64,000 nucleotides of DNA from a virus. Numbering within the stretch: the first letter of the stretch is position 1; each line of letters starts with the position of its first letter. The notes beneath the pieces were generated by a model. That model did no database searches, was not told where the DNA came from, and saw only the letters and a list, made by a program, of their open reading frames with translations. The stretch lies in IMG/VR virus record IMGVR_UViG_3300021599_000885. One strand, written 5' to 3'. Below are positions 11,761 through 20,056 of the stretch, piece by piece. The position numbers were made by a program, and so were the translations under genes.

Positions 11761-13641
11761 TTATCCCCTCTTTAGTTCTCCGTTTGAATAACTTGAAGTA
11801 ACTTTATAACCGACGCCAGAAATCTGTTCGCCAGATGTTATAGTATCTTTAACCATATTTATGGTGCTATCAGCAACAGAAAAGGATAGATATAGATCCT
11901 TTAGACCGATAATATCATTAGACTCTGGGAACGCCTGAATTTCGATAATATTGTTAGCAACCACCGTAGAAGTGATGTTTAAAGTGTTGAGAGTTATCTC
12001 ACCCTTAGTGTAATCTACGGTGCCTGCAGACTTCACTACGATCTCATACTTACCAGTCTCGTTAATATCCTTAACGATGGAAATAACGCCCTTCCCGTTG
12101 CTTCCGGGCACATCTGTGAAGTAGAATGTTCCTATTCTACCAGCAAGAGTAAATCCAGTACTCTTAATATTGAATCCATCCTTATTGATATGGAACTTGT
12201 TACCATAACACAGTTCATACTGTGCTGATTGATTAATCAGTGCCTTTAGATTTCTACGGATAATGACTCTTGTGATGTTTGAAGTGATCGCATTATCGGA
12301 ATTATCAATAGTCTGACACAATCTACTATACTTAAATCTACCACCAAACTGGTTGATATTTGCTTTTGCAAAAGTATTCAGAATCGAAATTACTTTAGTC
12401 TTCAAGGCATTGACGTTTGTAACCTGAGAGCTGTTATAATAGACTCCAGAGTTAATTTCAACATAAAGAACCTTAAGATCAGTGATTCTTTGGTTGATAC
12501 CAGAAAGTGAATAATCTTTCAGTTTTGAAAGAATATTTTGCTTATCAAAATCCGAAACAAAGTCGCCATTCTTTGGTTTAATGCTAATAATGACGTTTCC
12601 AAACTGTGGTGGGTCCAACTCTTCGCCACCAACAACAGAAACAGACTCTGTATTTGGATAAATCTGTTGAATAATCGCTTCATAGTCACGAGTCGTCACT
12701 GCTCTATGCTGAGAAGCGTAAATTCTTGGTGCAAAGTACTTAATTGAGTCAACACTTTCAATTGCACTACCGTTTGCTGCTGCATTTACGGTTGTAACGC
12801 TAATTGCATTGGTTGGGATGATCGGATTTCCCAAAGAATCTAAAAATCTACCGGAGAATGAGAAATTAGCAGCACCATTTCCATCTTCACCATCAGTAAT
12901 GATGTAAGAAACGGTAATAATAGTGCCACTTTCTAATTTTTTACCAAAATATCCGTCTCCAAACAAAAGTTCATACTTTTCATCCTGAACTTCCTGAATC
13001 AAATAGATTTCTGAGGTCTTGTTAATATTTAAAATGTTATCAACACGGGAATATTCTCTTCCTTCACCACTATCAGAGAGTCCTTTGACTTTTACGACGA
13101 TAGTTGAAGTGTCAATAAAGGAATTATCAAGGACAAAACGCTGATCAAGTGATCCATCAACCACAAATTGCTTCTTGAGGTATGTCCCTTGGTAGATCGT
13201 AATACTATTGAAAGAACCAGTACCAGAATTGATGGTTGTAGTAATGCTTTCTGGTATTGAGAAGATATAATTGCTGTTTTCTGCTGTTCCTACACACACT
13301 AGACCCGCCTCTAAGGTCATTGTATCCGATGATGAGGTAGTTTGTGCGTTCAAACTAATTGTTGCCTTAGCGGCGTTCCTAGAGCGAGGTACATAACCAA
13401 TATTTCTTGCGAGAGAAACGACATTTTCTCTCAAAGTTGCCGAATCCAAGAAGGATTCGTTGACTACCATATTCGCATTGAACGCATTAATATAACTATT
13501 ATACGCTAGAGTGTCGATTAAGACAGAAAAATTAGACCCCTCAAAGTCAAAATCCGTGAAATTTGAGTTAGCACGGAGATAATCTTTGATCGAGGTCCTT
13601 ATTTGGTCAAAATCGAGGTTCGTAAACTTTGTAAAAGGCAT
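11761..13641 (-). CDS. gp6: Baseplate wedge subunit gp6
   Basis: 626 aa; T4 gp6 motifs LDFDQI..DFDFEGS..LAYN, ESFLDSATLRENVVSLAR and RAVTTRDYEAI. Confidence 0.95.
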   Translation of the reverse strand: MPFTKFTNLDFDQIRTSIKDYLRANSNFTDFDFEGSNFSVLIDTLAYNSYINAFNANMVVNESFLDSATLRENVVSLARNIGYVPRSRNAAKATISLNAQTTSSSDTMTLEAGLVCVGTAENSNYIFSIPESITTTINSGTGSFNSITIYQGTYLKKQFVVDGSLDQRFVLDNSFIDTSTIVVKVKGLSDSGEGREYSRVDNILNINKTSEIYLIQEVQDEKYELLFGDGYFGKKLESGTIITVSYIITDGEDGNGAANFSFSGRFLDSLGNPIIPTNAISVTTVNAAANGSAIESVDSIKYFAPRIYASQHRAVTTRDYEAIIQQIYPNTESVSVVGGEELDPPQFGNVIISIKPKNGDFVSDFDKQNILSKLKDYSLSGINQRITDLKVLYVEINSGVYYNSSQVTNVNALKTKVISILNTFAKANINQFGGRFKYSRLCQTIDNSDNAITSNITRVIIRRNLKALINQSAQYELCYGNKFHINKDGFNIKSTGFTLAGRIGTFYFTDVPGSNGKGVISIVKDINETGKYEIVVKSAGTVDYTKGEITLNTLNITSTVVANNIIEIQAFPESNDIIGLKDLYLSFSVADSTINMVKDTITSGEQISGVGYKVTSSYSNGELKRG

Positions 13642-13645
13642 CTTT

Positions 13646-14047
13646 TTATCTGGTAGCCTCTAATAAGAATGTAAATTGCTGAGCAGGAACGTCTTGACCG
13701 ATGATATTATACAAAACTGTGACTTCAAACGTGTTATTATCGGGTTGAGGATCGACTTCTACCCTAACATTGTTGACTCTTGGTTCAAAATTTTCGATTG
13801 TAGTCAGAATTTGCTCTTGAATTACGGTAGCAGTACCAAAATCAACGAAATCGAACAGACTTGAACGCACATCTGACCCTAAAAGTGGTTGAAAAAAACG
13901 TTCATTTGGTATTGTCTGTACTAAATTACGAATCGAACGAGTAATTGCTGCCTCATTTTTGAGAATAGGCAGATCCTTGGTCACAGGATGTGGATCAAAA
14001 GACAAACTAATGTCCTTAAATGCTCTAGAAACCCGTGAGATCGCCAT
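13646..14047 (-). CDS. gp25: Baseplate wedge subunit gp25
   Basis: 133 aa; SIRNLVQTIPNERFFQPLLGS and IENFEPRV are GPW_gp25 motifs; adjacent to gp6. Confidence 0.93.
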   Translation of the reverse strand: MAISRVSRAFKDISLSFDPHPVTKDLPILKNEAAITRSIRNLVQTIPNERFFQPLLGSDVRSSLFDFVDFGTATVIQEQILTTIENFEPRVNNVRVEVDPQPDNNTFEVTVLYNIIGQDVPAQQFTFLLEATR

Positions 14048-14069
14048 TTGTCAAGAAGTTTTCTTGCTT

Positions 14070-14077
14070 TATTTATA
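14070..14077 (-). promoter_or_regulatory. T4-type late promoter TATAAATA upstream of gp25
   Basis: Exact TATAAATA on the minus strand, 22 nt before the gp25 start. Confidence 0.75.
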
Positions 14078-14078
14078 T

Positions 14079-14330
14079 TTACATCCAAGGATTGCCATAT
14101 GTTGGCTCCGTTCCATAGTCCCAATCATCATAATCTTCATCATTACGAATCTTTTCGTGAAGTTCAGACTGTTTTTTTAGGTCGTGACGAGGCGCAAGGT
14201 CGTGCATGACCTCTGTTAGTACTCTTTTTTGATTTAAATTCTGCATTGAACCATAATCTGAGGCGAGTTTCGTGGTTCCCCACATCTCTCTCATGTAGTC
14301 TTTGTTCCTATCGACAGGTGATTGTCCCAT
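14079..14330 (-). CDS. Hypothetical protein
   Basis: 83-aa ORF with AGGAG SD. Confidence 0.75.
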   Translation of the reverse strand: MGQSPVDRNKDYMREMWGTTKLASDYGSMQNLNQKRVLTEVMHDLAPRHDLKKQSELHEKIRNDEDYDDWDYGTEPTYGNPWM

Positions 14331-14390
14331 TTTAGCTCCTGATTTATAAAAATCAGAACTTTTAGAGGGGTTGCTATCCCTTACTACTAT

Positions 14391-14987
14391 TTATTTTACC
14401 CAAAAACCTTTTCTAAGGTAATCGGAATCATAAATGAACTCATGATCATCATATTTTTTTTTATCCGAGTCATTCCAAACTGGTATTGCTACACTATTTC
14501 CATACCTAAAGTCTGGGTTTTGGCGAAAGTGAACTTCAATGAGACGATTTCCTATAAATTCGCAGTTGATCCACTCATAGTTACCCCTCAATTTTTTTAA
14601 AATACTAGGAAAAGGAATGGTAACGTCAACTTTTTTCCACATATCCCATCTATAAAGTGGATTCATCTCATCCCTTGTACCCAAAACTGCTAATTTTTGT
14701 TCTTCATTTTGGTAATCTACACTGATATGATTTCCTTCAAAAATTTCGCACCAAAATTCCGATGGATGATAAGGGTCTGTATACTTATGGATATACTCTT
14801 TACGAGCATAACGACCCATACCAAGTAAGTTCATACTAGGTCTTAAAATATAAAAATCGGGTCTAGGTACACTTGTGCCTATAGGACCACAAGTATAACC
14901 CAAAACCCGACTTAATATCAACTTATTGTATACCCAAAGGTCTTCAGAATGTATTTGGTTCCATTCATCATCACCTTCTAAGTACAT
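14391..14987 (-). CDS. Hypothetical protein, ATP-grasp-like
   Basis: 198 aa; YILRP..LLGMG, EIFEG.HISVD and INCEF..LIEVHFR resemble ATP-grasp elements. Confidence 0.55.
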   Translation of the reverse strand: MYLEGDDEWNQIHSEDLWVYNKLILSRVLGYTCGPIGTSVPRPDFYILRPSMNLLGMGRYARKEYIHKYTDPYHPSEFWCEIFEGNHISVDYQNEEQKLAVLGTRDEMNPLYRWDMWKKVDVTIPFPSILKKLRGNYEWINCEFIGNRLIEVHFRQNPDFRYGNSVAIPVWNDSDKKKYDDHEFIYDSDYLRKGFWVK

Positions 14988-15136
14988 TATCCCTTACCTT
15001 GTCCGCGATACTTTTTACGCGCCTTATTACGAGAAGAGGAAGCGTATTTAGTACCCATTCCATCTCCTTGACGAGACTTTTTAGGCGGACCAGGAATATA
15101 AGAACTTTTATTCAGTCCTACTTTTGCCTTAGCCAT
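14987..15136 (-). CDS. Small basic protein (49 aa)
   Basis: MAKAKVGLNKSSYIPGPPKKSRQGDGMGTKYASSSRNKARKKYRGQGKG; AGGAG SD; TAATG overlap with the next gene. Confidence 0.75.
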   Translation of the reverse strand: MAKAKVGLNKSSYIPGPPKKSRQGDGMGTKYASSSRNKARKKYRGQGKG

Positions 15137-15302
15137 GATAATTCTCCTTAATAATTTCAGTGTCTAATTCATCAGGTCTTGGAGATCCTGTCTGATAGAA
15201 CTCTATCGACAGGTCCTCCATTATATTGAAATACTCTTCCTCAGTCAAGCGGGAGTATAATTTCTTCCCCCTACAATAGATATTGTAAAGTTCGTTAGAC
15301 AT
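15129..15302 (-). CDS. Hypothetical protein (57 aa)
   Basis: MSNELYNIYCRGKK...; start coupled to the upstream stop (TGATG). Confidence 0.7.
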   Translation of the reverse strand: MSNELYNIYCRGKKLYSRLTEEEYFNIMEDLSIEFYQTGSPRPDELDTEIIKENYHG

Positions 15303-16057
15303 CAAATGATCCTTGTCTTTTCGTGACCAACTCTGATACGAGGATCGCACCAGATTTCAAAGCCTGCTTCCTTTGCATCCAAACAGAACGATACATCTTC
15401 TCCACACATATCCTGTACGTCACCAGATTCAAAGACTTGCATCTTCGGAGCAAACCAGGGATACTTCATCTCTTCGTGCTCAAAGACTCCATGCTTAATC
15501 ATCAACCAACCAAATCCTGCATAATCAACAGTAAATGGTTTCTTACGCTTCGACATCGTTTCTAGCGTTTCATGATTCATGACTCCACCATTGTTCTTGA
15601 AGTCATCTTCTTCCATCCAGTGAGCAACAGAGGTCGTGTGCCCGTCTTCCGTACAATACCAACCACTGGCGATATCTTCATCCATCAATACTAATTGTAA
15701 AAACTTTTCAGTATTGAAAACAATATCAGAATCAATCCACAATTGATAATCATACTTTAGCTTGCCGTCCCAGGGAATCTGGTCAGGTCCACGAAGTACA
15801 TTCGCTCCTAGGCACTTGCATCTTGCGAAGTTGACCATCGAGGAGTAGTCTTGAGAAATTTGAATACTAGCACCACTCTGTACGATATCAAAACAGAGTT
15901 GTACAAAATTCTTTAAGAAGGTGTAAGAAACTCCACGCCCAGGCAGACAGAAGACGATTGATTTACCACGGATCATCTCCCGTGCCTTCTCATAATCGAA
16001 TTCGACTTCCTTGGTGACTGTCGGAGTCTTTGCTTTTACAGTAAATCCTTTAGCCAT
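15302..16057 (-). CDS. Glycosyltransferase-A fold (GT2-like) protein
   Basis: 251 aa; WIDSDIVF (DxD), GFGWLMIK and GEDVSFC...GFEIWCDP...VGHEK. Confidence 0.75.
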   Translation of the reverse strand: MAKGFTVKAKTPTVTKEVEFDYEKAREMIRGKSIVFCLPGRGVSYTFLKNFVQLCFDIVQSGASIQISQDYSSMVNFARCKCLGANVLRGPDQIPWDGKLKYDYQLWIDSDIVFNTEKFLQLVLMDEDIASGWYCTEDGHTTSVAHWMEEDDFKNNGGVMNHETLETMSKRKKPFTVDYAGFGWLMIKHGVFEHEEMKYPWFAPKMQVFESGDVQDMCGEDVSFCLDAKEAGFEIWCDPRIRVGHEKTRII

Positions 16058-16127
16058 AAAACAGTGTAATTACATCGGTTATCATACAGCATTATCTATA
16101 TGAGGTCAAGCGCCGCGCCCTTGAGTA

Positions 16128-16325
16128 TCAAGTTCCCTTAACCTCAGTGATAATGATCGTTTCTCCATCAATCTCCATGTTCACTACAGTTCCCTCATAC
16201 CAACCAAATTCACTCAGCACCCATTCGGGGATATTAAAATAATACTCCCCAGTTATTGGATCGACCTCCACAGTCGTATAATTTTCTCCGGGATTTTTTT
16301 GCATTTGAGGTATTTGAATTTCCAT
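16128..16325 (-). CDS. AbrB/MazE/SpoVT-like DNA-binding protein
   Basis: YYFNIPEWVLSEFGWYEGTVVNMEIDGETIII fits the swapped-hairpin pattern. Confidence 0.6.
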   Translation of the reverse strand: MEIQIPQMQKNPGENYTTVEVDPITGEYYFNIPEWVLSEFGWYEGTVVNMEIDGETIIITEVKGT

Positions 16326-16357
16326 TTTTGTTTTATATAGAAAATCTTGAAATTGGA

Positions 16358-16401
16358 CTTTGAGTAAACCTTTGAGTAAACCTTTGAGTAAACCTTTGAG
16401 T
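16358..16401. repeat. 12-bp tandem repeat (CTTTGAGTAAAC) x3.7
   Basis: Directly visible; intergenic. Confidence 0.9.
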
Positions 16402-16523
16402 CTTATAAAGAGCTAGCGATCGTAACACTTTGTAGGTTACAGGGACCCATGGGTTTTATATACACGCGCCGCGACCGCACGGGGGCGGCGGCGGGGGCAC
16501 TGCCCCCTCACGAACCCAGGGGG

Positions 16524-16706
16524 TCACCAGGCAGGCAGTGCCTCCTGTGCCTCATCAGCCCACACCTCAGCGAACTGACCCGCGATGGCGTAGGCACTGA
16601 TGCCCAACTGGGGCTGCAGGCCCGAACCGATGGCGGAGTCGTCGTTGCAGCGGGCGGTCCACACGATCTGACGGGTACGGAGGTCGGAGGATTGGGAGAG
16701 GATCAT
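16524..16706 (-). CDS. Early hypothetical protein
   Basis: 60-aa ORF behind its own extended -10 (TGcTGTAGGAT). Confidence 0.6.
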   Translation of the reverse strand: MILSQSSDLRTRQIVWTARCNDDSAIGSGLQPQLGISAYAIAGQFAEVWADEAQEALPAW

Positions 16707-16771
16707 GGGTCTGTCGGTTGAACTGAGAGTATCCTACAGCATCAGGGGGCACGAAGGTCCCCCCGTTACAA

Positions 16772-17521
16772 TCAGTAGGAAATGACCTGAGGCGCGGCAT
16801 CGGCAACCAGAGCGGCGACCTTATCCTGCTGCAGTTTCAGCACGACCTGAGAGTTGCGGTTCGCTTTGCTCAAACCCAGAAACGCCTTGATACCGTTGTT
16901 GCTGGTCACACGGAGACGGAGACCAAGGTCCAGGGTTTCACCGTTACCCTTGAGAACGATGCGGCGGGAGGTCGTGCCCTTACCAGCGACCAGGTGGGCA
17001 GTGTAACCAGCAGAGAGGCAACGGGCGGCACGGATGGTATCGTGACCCATCACATAGCAGCGTTGGGCGGCGGTGTCGTTGATGACCATCGACATCCCAT
17101 GGTTGGCGTCGATCAGTTCAGAGATCAACCAAGCGGTGAGGGTCTCAGAGGTGATGGCGTTCAGGGCATCGCTGCAAACCTCATTGAACAGGTCACGGGT
17201 CTCTTCCACAATAGCGGTACGCTCAGCGGCACCCCAGTTACGGGCGGTGCTGATAAAGGAGCGGAAGTCCTCAAAGCGGGAGGAGTCCAGAAGGGCATCG
17301 GTTTGGGAGGTGTTCACCCAGTCAAAGGAACCGTTACGAAGACCTGCCTTGTGCTTGATGCTGATAGGAGTAGCACCCGCCATAGCGTCTGCCTTGTTAC
17401 GGGTGCCGCCCAGGTGGGTGACGGTCTCAGCGAACACCTGATGGGCGTTCAGCAGAGCGATGGTGTCGTGCTCATTAGCGACGCCAGAGTGGTGAACGGA
17501 ACCGTTGGTTTGGAAGGTCAT
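16772..17521 (-). CDS. Putative PD-(D/E)XK-type (restriction endonuclease-like) nuclease
   Basis: 249 aa; G.ANE helix, then KAD-x8-SIK; own sigma70 promoter TTGACC-17-TACATT. Confidence 0.45.
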   Translation of the reverse strand: MTFQTNGSVHHSGVANEHDTIALLNAHQVFAETVTHLGGTRNKADAMAGATPISIKHKAGLRNGSFDWVNTSQTDALLDSSRFEDFRSFISTARNWGAAERTAIVEETRDLFNEVCSDALNAITSETLTAWLISELIDANHGMSMVINDTAAQRCYVMGHDTIRAARCLSAGYTAHLVAGKGTTSRRIVLKGNGETLDLGLRLRVTSNNGIKAFLGLSKANRNSQVVLKLQQDKVAALVADAAPQVISY

Positions 17522-17613
17522 TTGGGAATCGGGTGAGCGCCACCCGTCTGAACTGAGAGTAATGTAAGCGATTTTGGGGGTCAGGTCAAGACCCCCGGAC
17601 AGTTGTCAGACCG

Positions 17614-17865
17614 TCACAGGTCAGCCAGCATCTCATCCAACTCATCGGTGTCGATGGTAGGGTCCATCCAGCGAGCACCGTCAGGAGTCATCTGCCCGAA
17701 CTGAGATTCCAGGCGGGGGATCAGGCGATCATAGGAATCGTAGCGGCAGGCGACCTTGTAAAGGTTCTCATCGTTCTGGAGCCAGAGGGCGACGTTCCAG
17801 GTTGCCCAATTTGCCCATCCGTTGTAGGTTTCGGTTTCGGGGATCATGGAGGTGAGTGCTTGCAT
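17614..17865 (-). CDS. Conserved phage hypothetical protein
   Basis: 83 aa; TYNGWANWATWNVALWLQNDE motif. Confidence 0.75.
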   Translation of the reverse strand: MQALTSMIPETETYNGWANWATWNVALWLQNDENLYKVACRYDSYDRLIPRLESQFGQMTPDGARWMDPTIDTDELDEMLADL

Positions 17866-17897
17866 TGGTTGGTTGCGTGTGAGTGTATTGTAAGGGG

Positions 17898-18068
17898 TCA
17901 GGCGACCAGCGCCGACTCCATGTGGACGGTTTGCAGATTGACCTCAGCCCAATCGTATTCTTCCTTCAGTTGGGCGCAGCGGGCATCAGCAGCAGACTTG
18001 CAATCCCACAGGGAGCAATGATCATCAGATTCATAGAAGAATCCAGCGGTGACGACGTAGACTTGCAT
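17898..18068 (-). CDS. Early hypothetical protein (56 aa)
   Basis: MQVYVVTAGFFYESDDHC...; AAGGA SD; own promoter. Confidence 0.65.
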   Translation of the reverse strand: MQVYVVTAGFFYESDDHCSLWDCKSAADARCAQLKEEYDWAEVNLQTVHMESALVA

Positions 18069-18102
18069 CGGGTTTCCTTTGAACTGAGATCAGTATAAGG
18101 GG

Positions 18103-18270
18103 TCAGCGGGCGATCAGGTCACCAGTGGTGTGCAGTAGGTCTGCTGTCACAGTGCGGATGGGTCGGATCGGTTCCCATAGCAACCACAGCACAACAGCGG
18201 TAACGGTCAAGCGGAGCATGGTCTGTCGGTGAAACTCAGGGGAGCGGGAGCGGGTCAGAGCGTTGATCAT
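18103..18270 (-). CDS. Small membrane protein (55 aa)
   Basis: MINALTRSRSPEFHRQTMLRLTVTAVVLWLLWEP...; ATGA coupling. Confidence 0.6.
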   Translation of the reverse strand: MINALTRSRSPEFHRQTMLRLTVTAVVLWLLWEPIRPIRTVTADLLHTTGDLIAR

Positions 18271-18428
18271 CGTTCCAGTTGTGCCAGGGAGGAGGGGGCG
18301 ATGTGAGAGGGTGACCCACAGGACCTGTAGAAGTCTACCATACGGTCTGCCTCTTCCTTAGTCGTGAACCATTGCGACCGCCACTCGCAGGCATTGTAGG
18401 GGGTCTGGTAACGGACTTCAAAGCGCAT
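18267..18428 (-). CDS. Early hypothetical protein (53 aa)
   Basis: MRFEVRYQTPYNACEWRSQWFTTKEEADRMVDFYRSCGSPSH... Confidence 0.7.
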   Translation of the reverse strand: MRFEVRYQTPYNACEWRSQWFTTKEEADRMVDFYRSCGSPSHIAPSSLAQLER

Positions 18429-18469
18429 GGGGTTTGGTTGCGTTGTGAGAGTATTGTAGCAGATCAGGG

Positions 18470-18643
18470 TCAGTCCCTGTCGGAGACGGTCCAGGTGCCG
18501 TAGGTAGCATGGTCGGGTGCCTGGTAGGTTCCCTCAGCGTGTGCTTTGAGAATCTCCTCCCGACGCTTTGCCTCAGCGTTCACCTTTGCGGTGTAGTCAG
18601 CCATGATGGAGGACATGTCCAGTTTGGTGGATTGTTTCTTCAT
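18470..18643 (-). CDS. Early hypothetical protein (57 aa), leaderless
   Basis: MKKQSTKLDMSSIMADY...; ATG 6 nt after TATACT. Confidence 0.65.
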   Translation of the reverse strand: MKKQSTKLDMSSIMADYTAKVNAEAKRREEILKAHAEGTYQAPDHATYGTWTVSDRD

Positions 18644-18663
18644 GCTCTTAGTATAGGGGGTCC

Positions 18664-18840
18664 TCAGTTGAACCAGTAGGCAAGTTGTGCCAGTTCCTCT
18701 GCCGTCTCCTGTACGTTGTCGGGGGTCAGACGTGCCAGGATACGCTCTGCATCCTCCTCAGGCACATAGGAGAGGTCACCGTTGATCTCAGCAGCAAGGG
18801 CAGAGGCGATGGAGATGCAGCGGGATTGGAGTTCTTTCAT
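18664..18840 (-). CDS. Early hypothetical protein (58 aa), leaderless
   Basis: MKELQSRCISIASALAAE...; ATG 6 nt after TATACT. Confidence 0.65.
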   Translation of the reverse strand: MKELQSRCISIASALAAEINGDLSYVPEEDAERILARLTPDNVQETAEELAQLAYWFN

Positions 18841-18945
18841 GCTCTTAGTATAGGGGGTCTGGGGGTGCTGTGGCGGTTTGGTGGACAGTCCGGGAAGTGG
18901 CACAAGGTGGGTTGTGGGGGGTTGCCGCTGCCCTATAATAAGGTC

Positions 18946-19060
18946 ACAAGCGAAGGAGGGGCAGGGTCGCCCTGATGACGAAAACGGTCGCCACCGAACC
19001 TGCCTTCCGGTAATTATAAAAAAGTATAAAAAAAGGGAGGCAATTGCCTCCCTATTGTTT
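18946..19060 (+). ncRNA. Candidate structured small RNA
   Basis: Plus-strand TATAAT (18934-18939) 29 bp from the palindromic box; GC-rich stem GGCAGGGTCG/CGAACCTGCC; ends at a hairpin. Confidence 0.45.
19028..19060. terminator. Intrinsic terminator, possibly bidirectional
   Basis: A-tract, GGGAGGC-AATT-GCCTCCC hairpin, then TATTGTTT. Confidence 0.75.
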
Positions 19061-19406
19061 ATGCGAACATGAAACCATTGGTAAACTCATACTCATTGTA
19101 GACAGGAGAAGTTCCTGCCTGTCCAACGAACTTGTGAATGTACCAATTCCAGTTCCGTTGAAATACACCTTCGCTAGCGACTCCGTGCTCTTTGAGAATA
19201 GCATTCAGACGGGATTTGGTGGTGACAGACTGATAACCACCGTCGAAGATCTGAACGAAGTTATCACCAATGATGGCGATTTTGTTACCGTGAAGGTATA
19301 CGGTGGACTCGTTAGTTTCGGGATCGTAGGAGACTTCGGTGTTGTCTTTGTGCCAGTTCAGATTGTTAGAAATGGCGTTGTTCATTTCACGTTCGATCTT
19401 ACGCAT
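19059..19406 (-). CDS. Conserved phage hypothetical protein
   Basis: 115 aa; VYLHGNKIA...GGYQSVTTKSRLNAIL; promoter TTGACT-17-CATACT. Confidence 0.8.
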   Translation of the reverse strand: MRKIEREMNNAISNNLNWHKDNTEVSYDPETNESTVYLHGNKIAIIGDNFVQIFDGGYQSVTTKSRLNAILKEHGVASEGVFQRNWNWYIHKFVGQAGTSPVYNEYEFTNGFMFA

Positions 19407-19487
19407 GAGTCTGTGTTGTTTGATCTGAAGGTAGTATGGGACGGATTGGGGGGAAAGTCAAGAGGGTGTGTGCCACCTTCTCAACCG

Positions 19488-19682
19488 TCACACCCCGAAG
19501 AACTCTTCAAACTCATCTGCGATACGGTCGATCAACCAATCGGTAGCGTTCAGATCGAACACGTCGCAAACCCAATCGACGCAATCGTTGAGGTCGCAGA
19601 GGTTGCTACCCATGAAATCACGAAGAGCGGGAGCGATGTCCAGATCGAACTGGTGGACTTGAGAAGCAGTGGTGTTGTTCAT
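19488..19682 (-). CDS. Acidic early hypothetical protein, leaderless
   Basis: MNNTTASQVHQFDLDIAP...; ATG 6 nt after TATAAT. Confidence 0.65.
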   Translation of the reverse strand: MNNTTASQVHQFDLDIAPALRDFMGSNLCDLNDCVDWVCDVFDLNATDWLIDRIADEFEEFFGV

Positions 19683-19769
19683 ACAGACATTATAGGCACG
19701 GGGTCCGCCGATCTGAGGGAAGCAGTGGACAGTGCCCCAACCGTCCACCCGCGGCGGCCCTGGGTATAA

Positions 19770-19943
19770 TTAATCCTCCAGAAGTTCGGGGTAGTATTCT
19801 TTTACCTCTGCAATCAATTCCGACTCCGAATAGTTATCATAACTCTCACTCATAGAATCATACAAACACGCCATCATGGTTTTGATGTCCATATCATCCA
19901 GGATTTGCTGAATGAGTTGATCTTGGAGTTCAGAACGATTCAT
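19770..19943 (-). CDS. Hypothetical protein (57 aa)
   Basis: MNRSELQDQLIQQILDDMDIKTMMACLYD...YYPELLED. Confidence 0.75.
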   Translation of the reverse strand: MNRSELQDQLIQQILDDMDIKTMMACLYDSMSESYDNYSESELIAEVKEYYPELLED

Positions 19944-19948
19944 GAGTT

Positions 19949-20056
19949 TCAGTTACGAATGTGAGATTTGTTGATGGTGGTTTGCCACTCACTCGGAGCA
20001 GAAAGTCGGGGGTTCATCTTTACCCAACGACCTTGAAACTTCACAAGAATCGACAT
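19949..20056 (-). CDS. Hypothetical protein (35 aa)
   Basis: MSILVKFQGRWVKMNPR...; TGATG coupling. Confidence 0.5.
   Translation of the reverse strand: MSILVKFQGRWVKMNPRLSAPSEWQTTINKSHIRN

Noticed and set aside
16422-16440. NtcA site
   Set aside because: The GTA...TAC spacing is 13 nt rather than 8.
18972-18990. Hammerhead ribozyme (CTGATGA...GAAA)
   Set aside because: Only one base separates CTGATGA from GAAA, so there is no stem II, and stems I and III cannot be formed around a GUC cleavage site.
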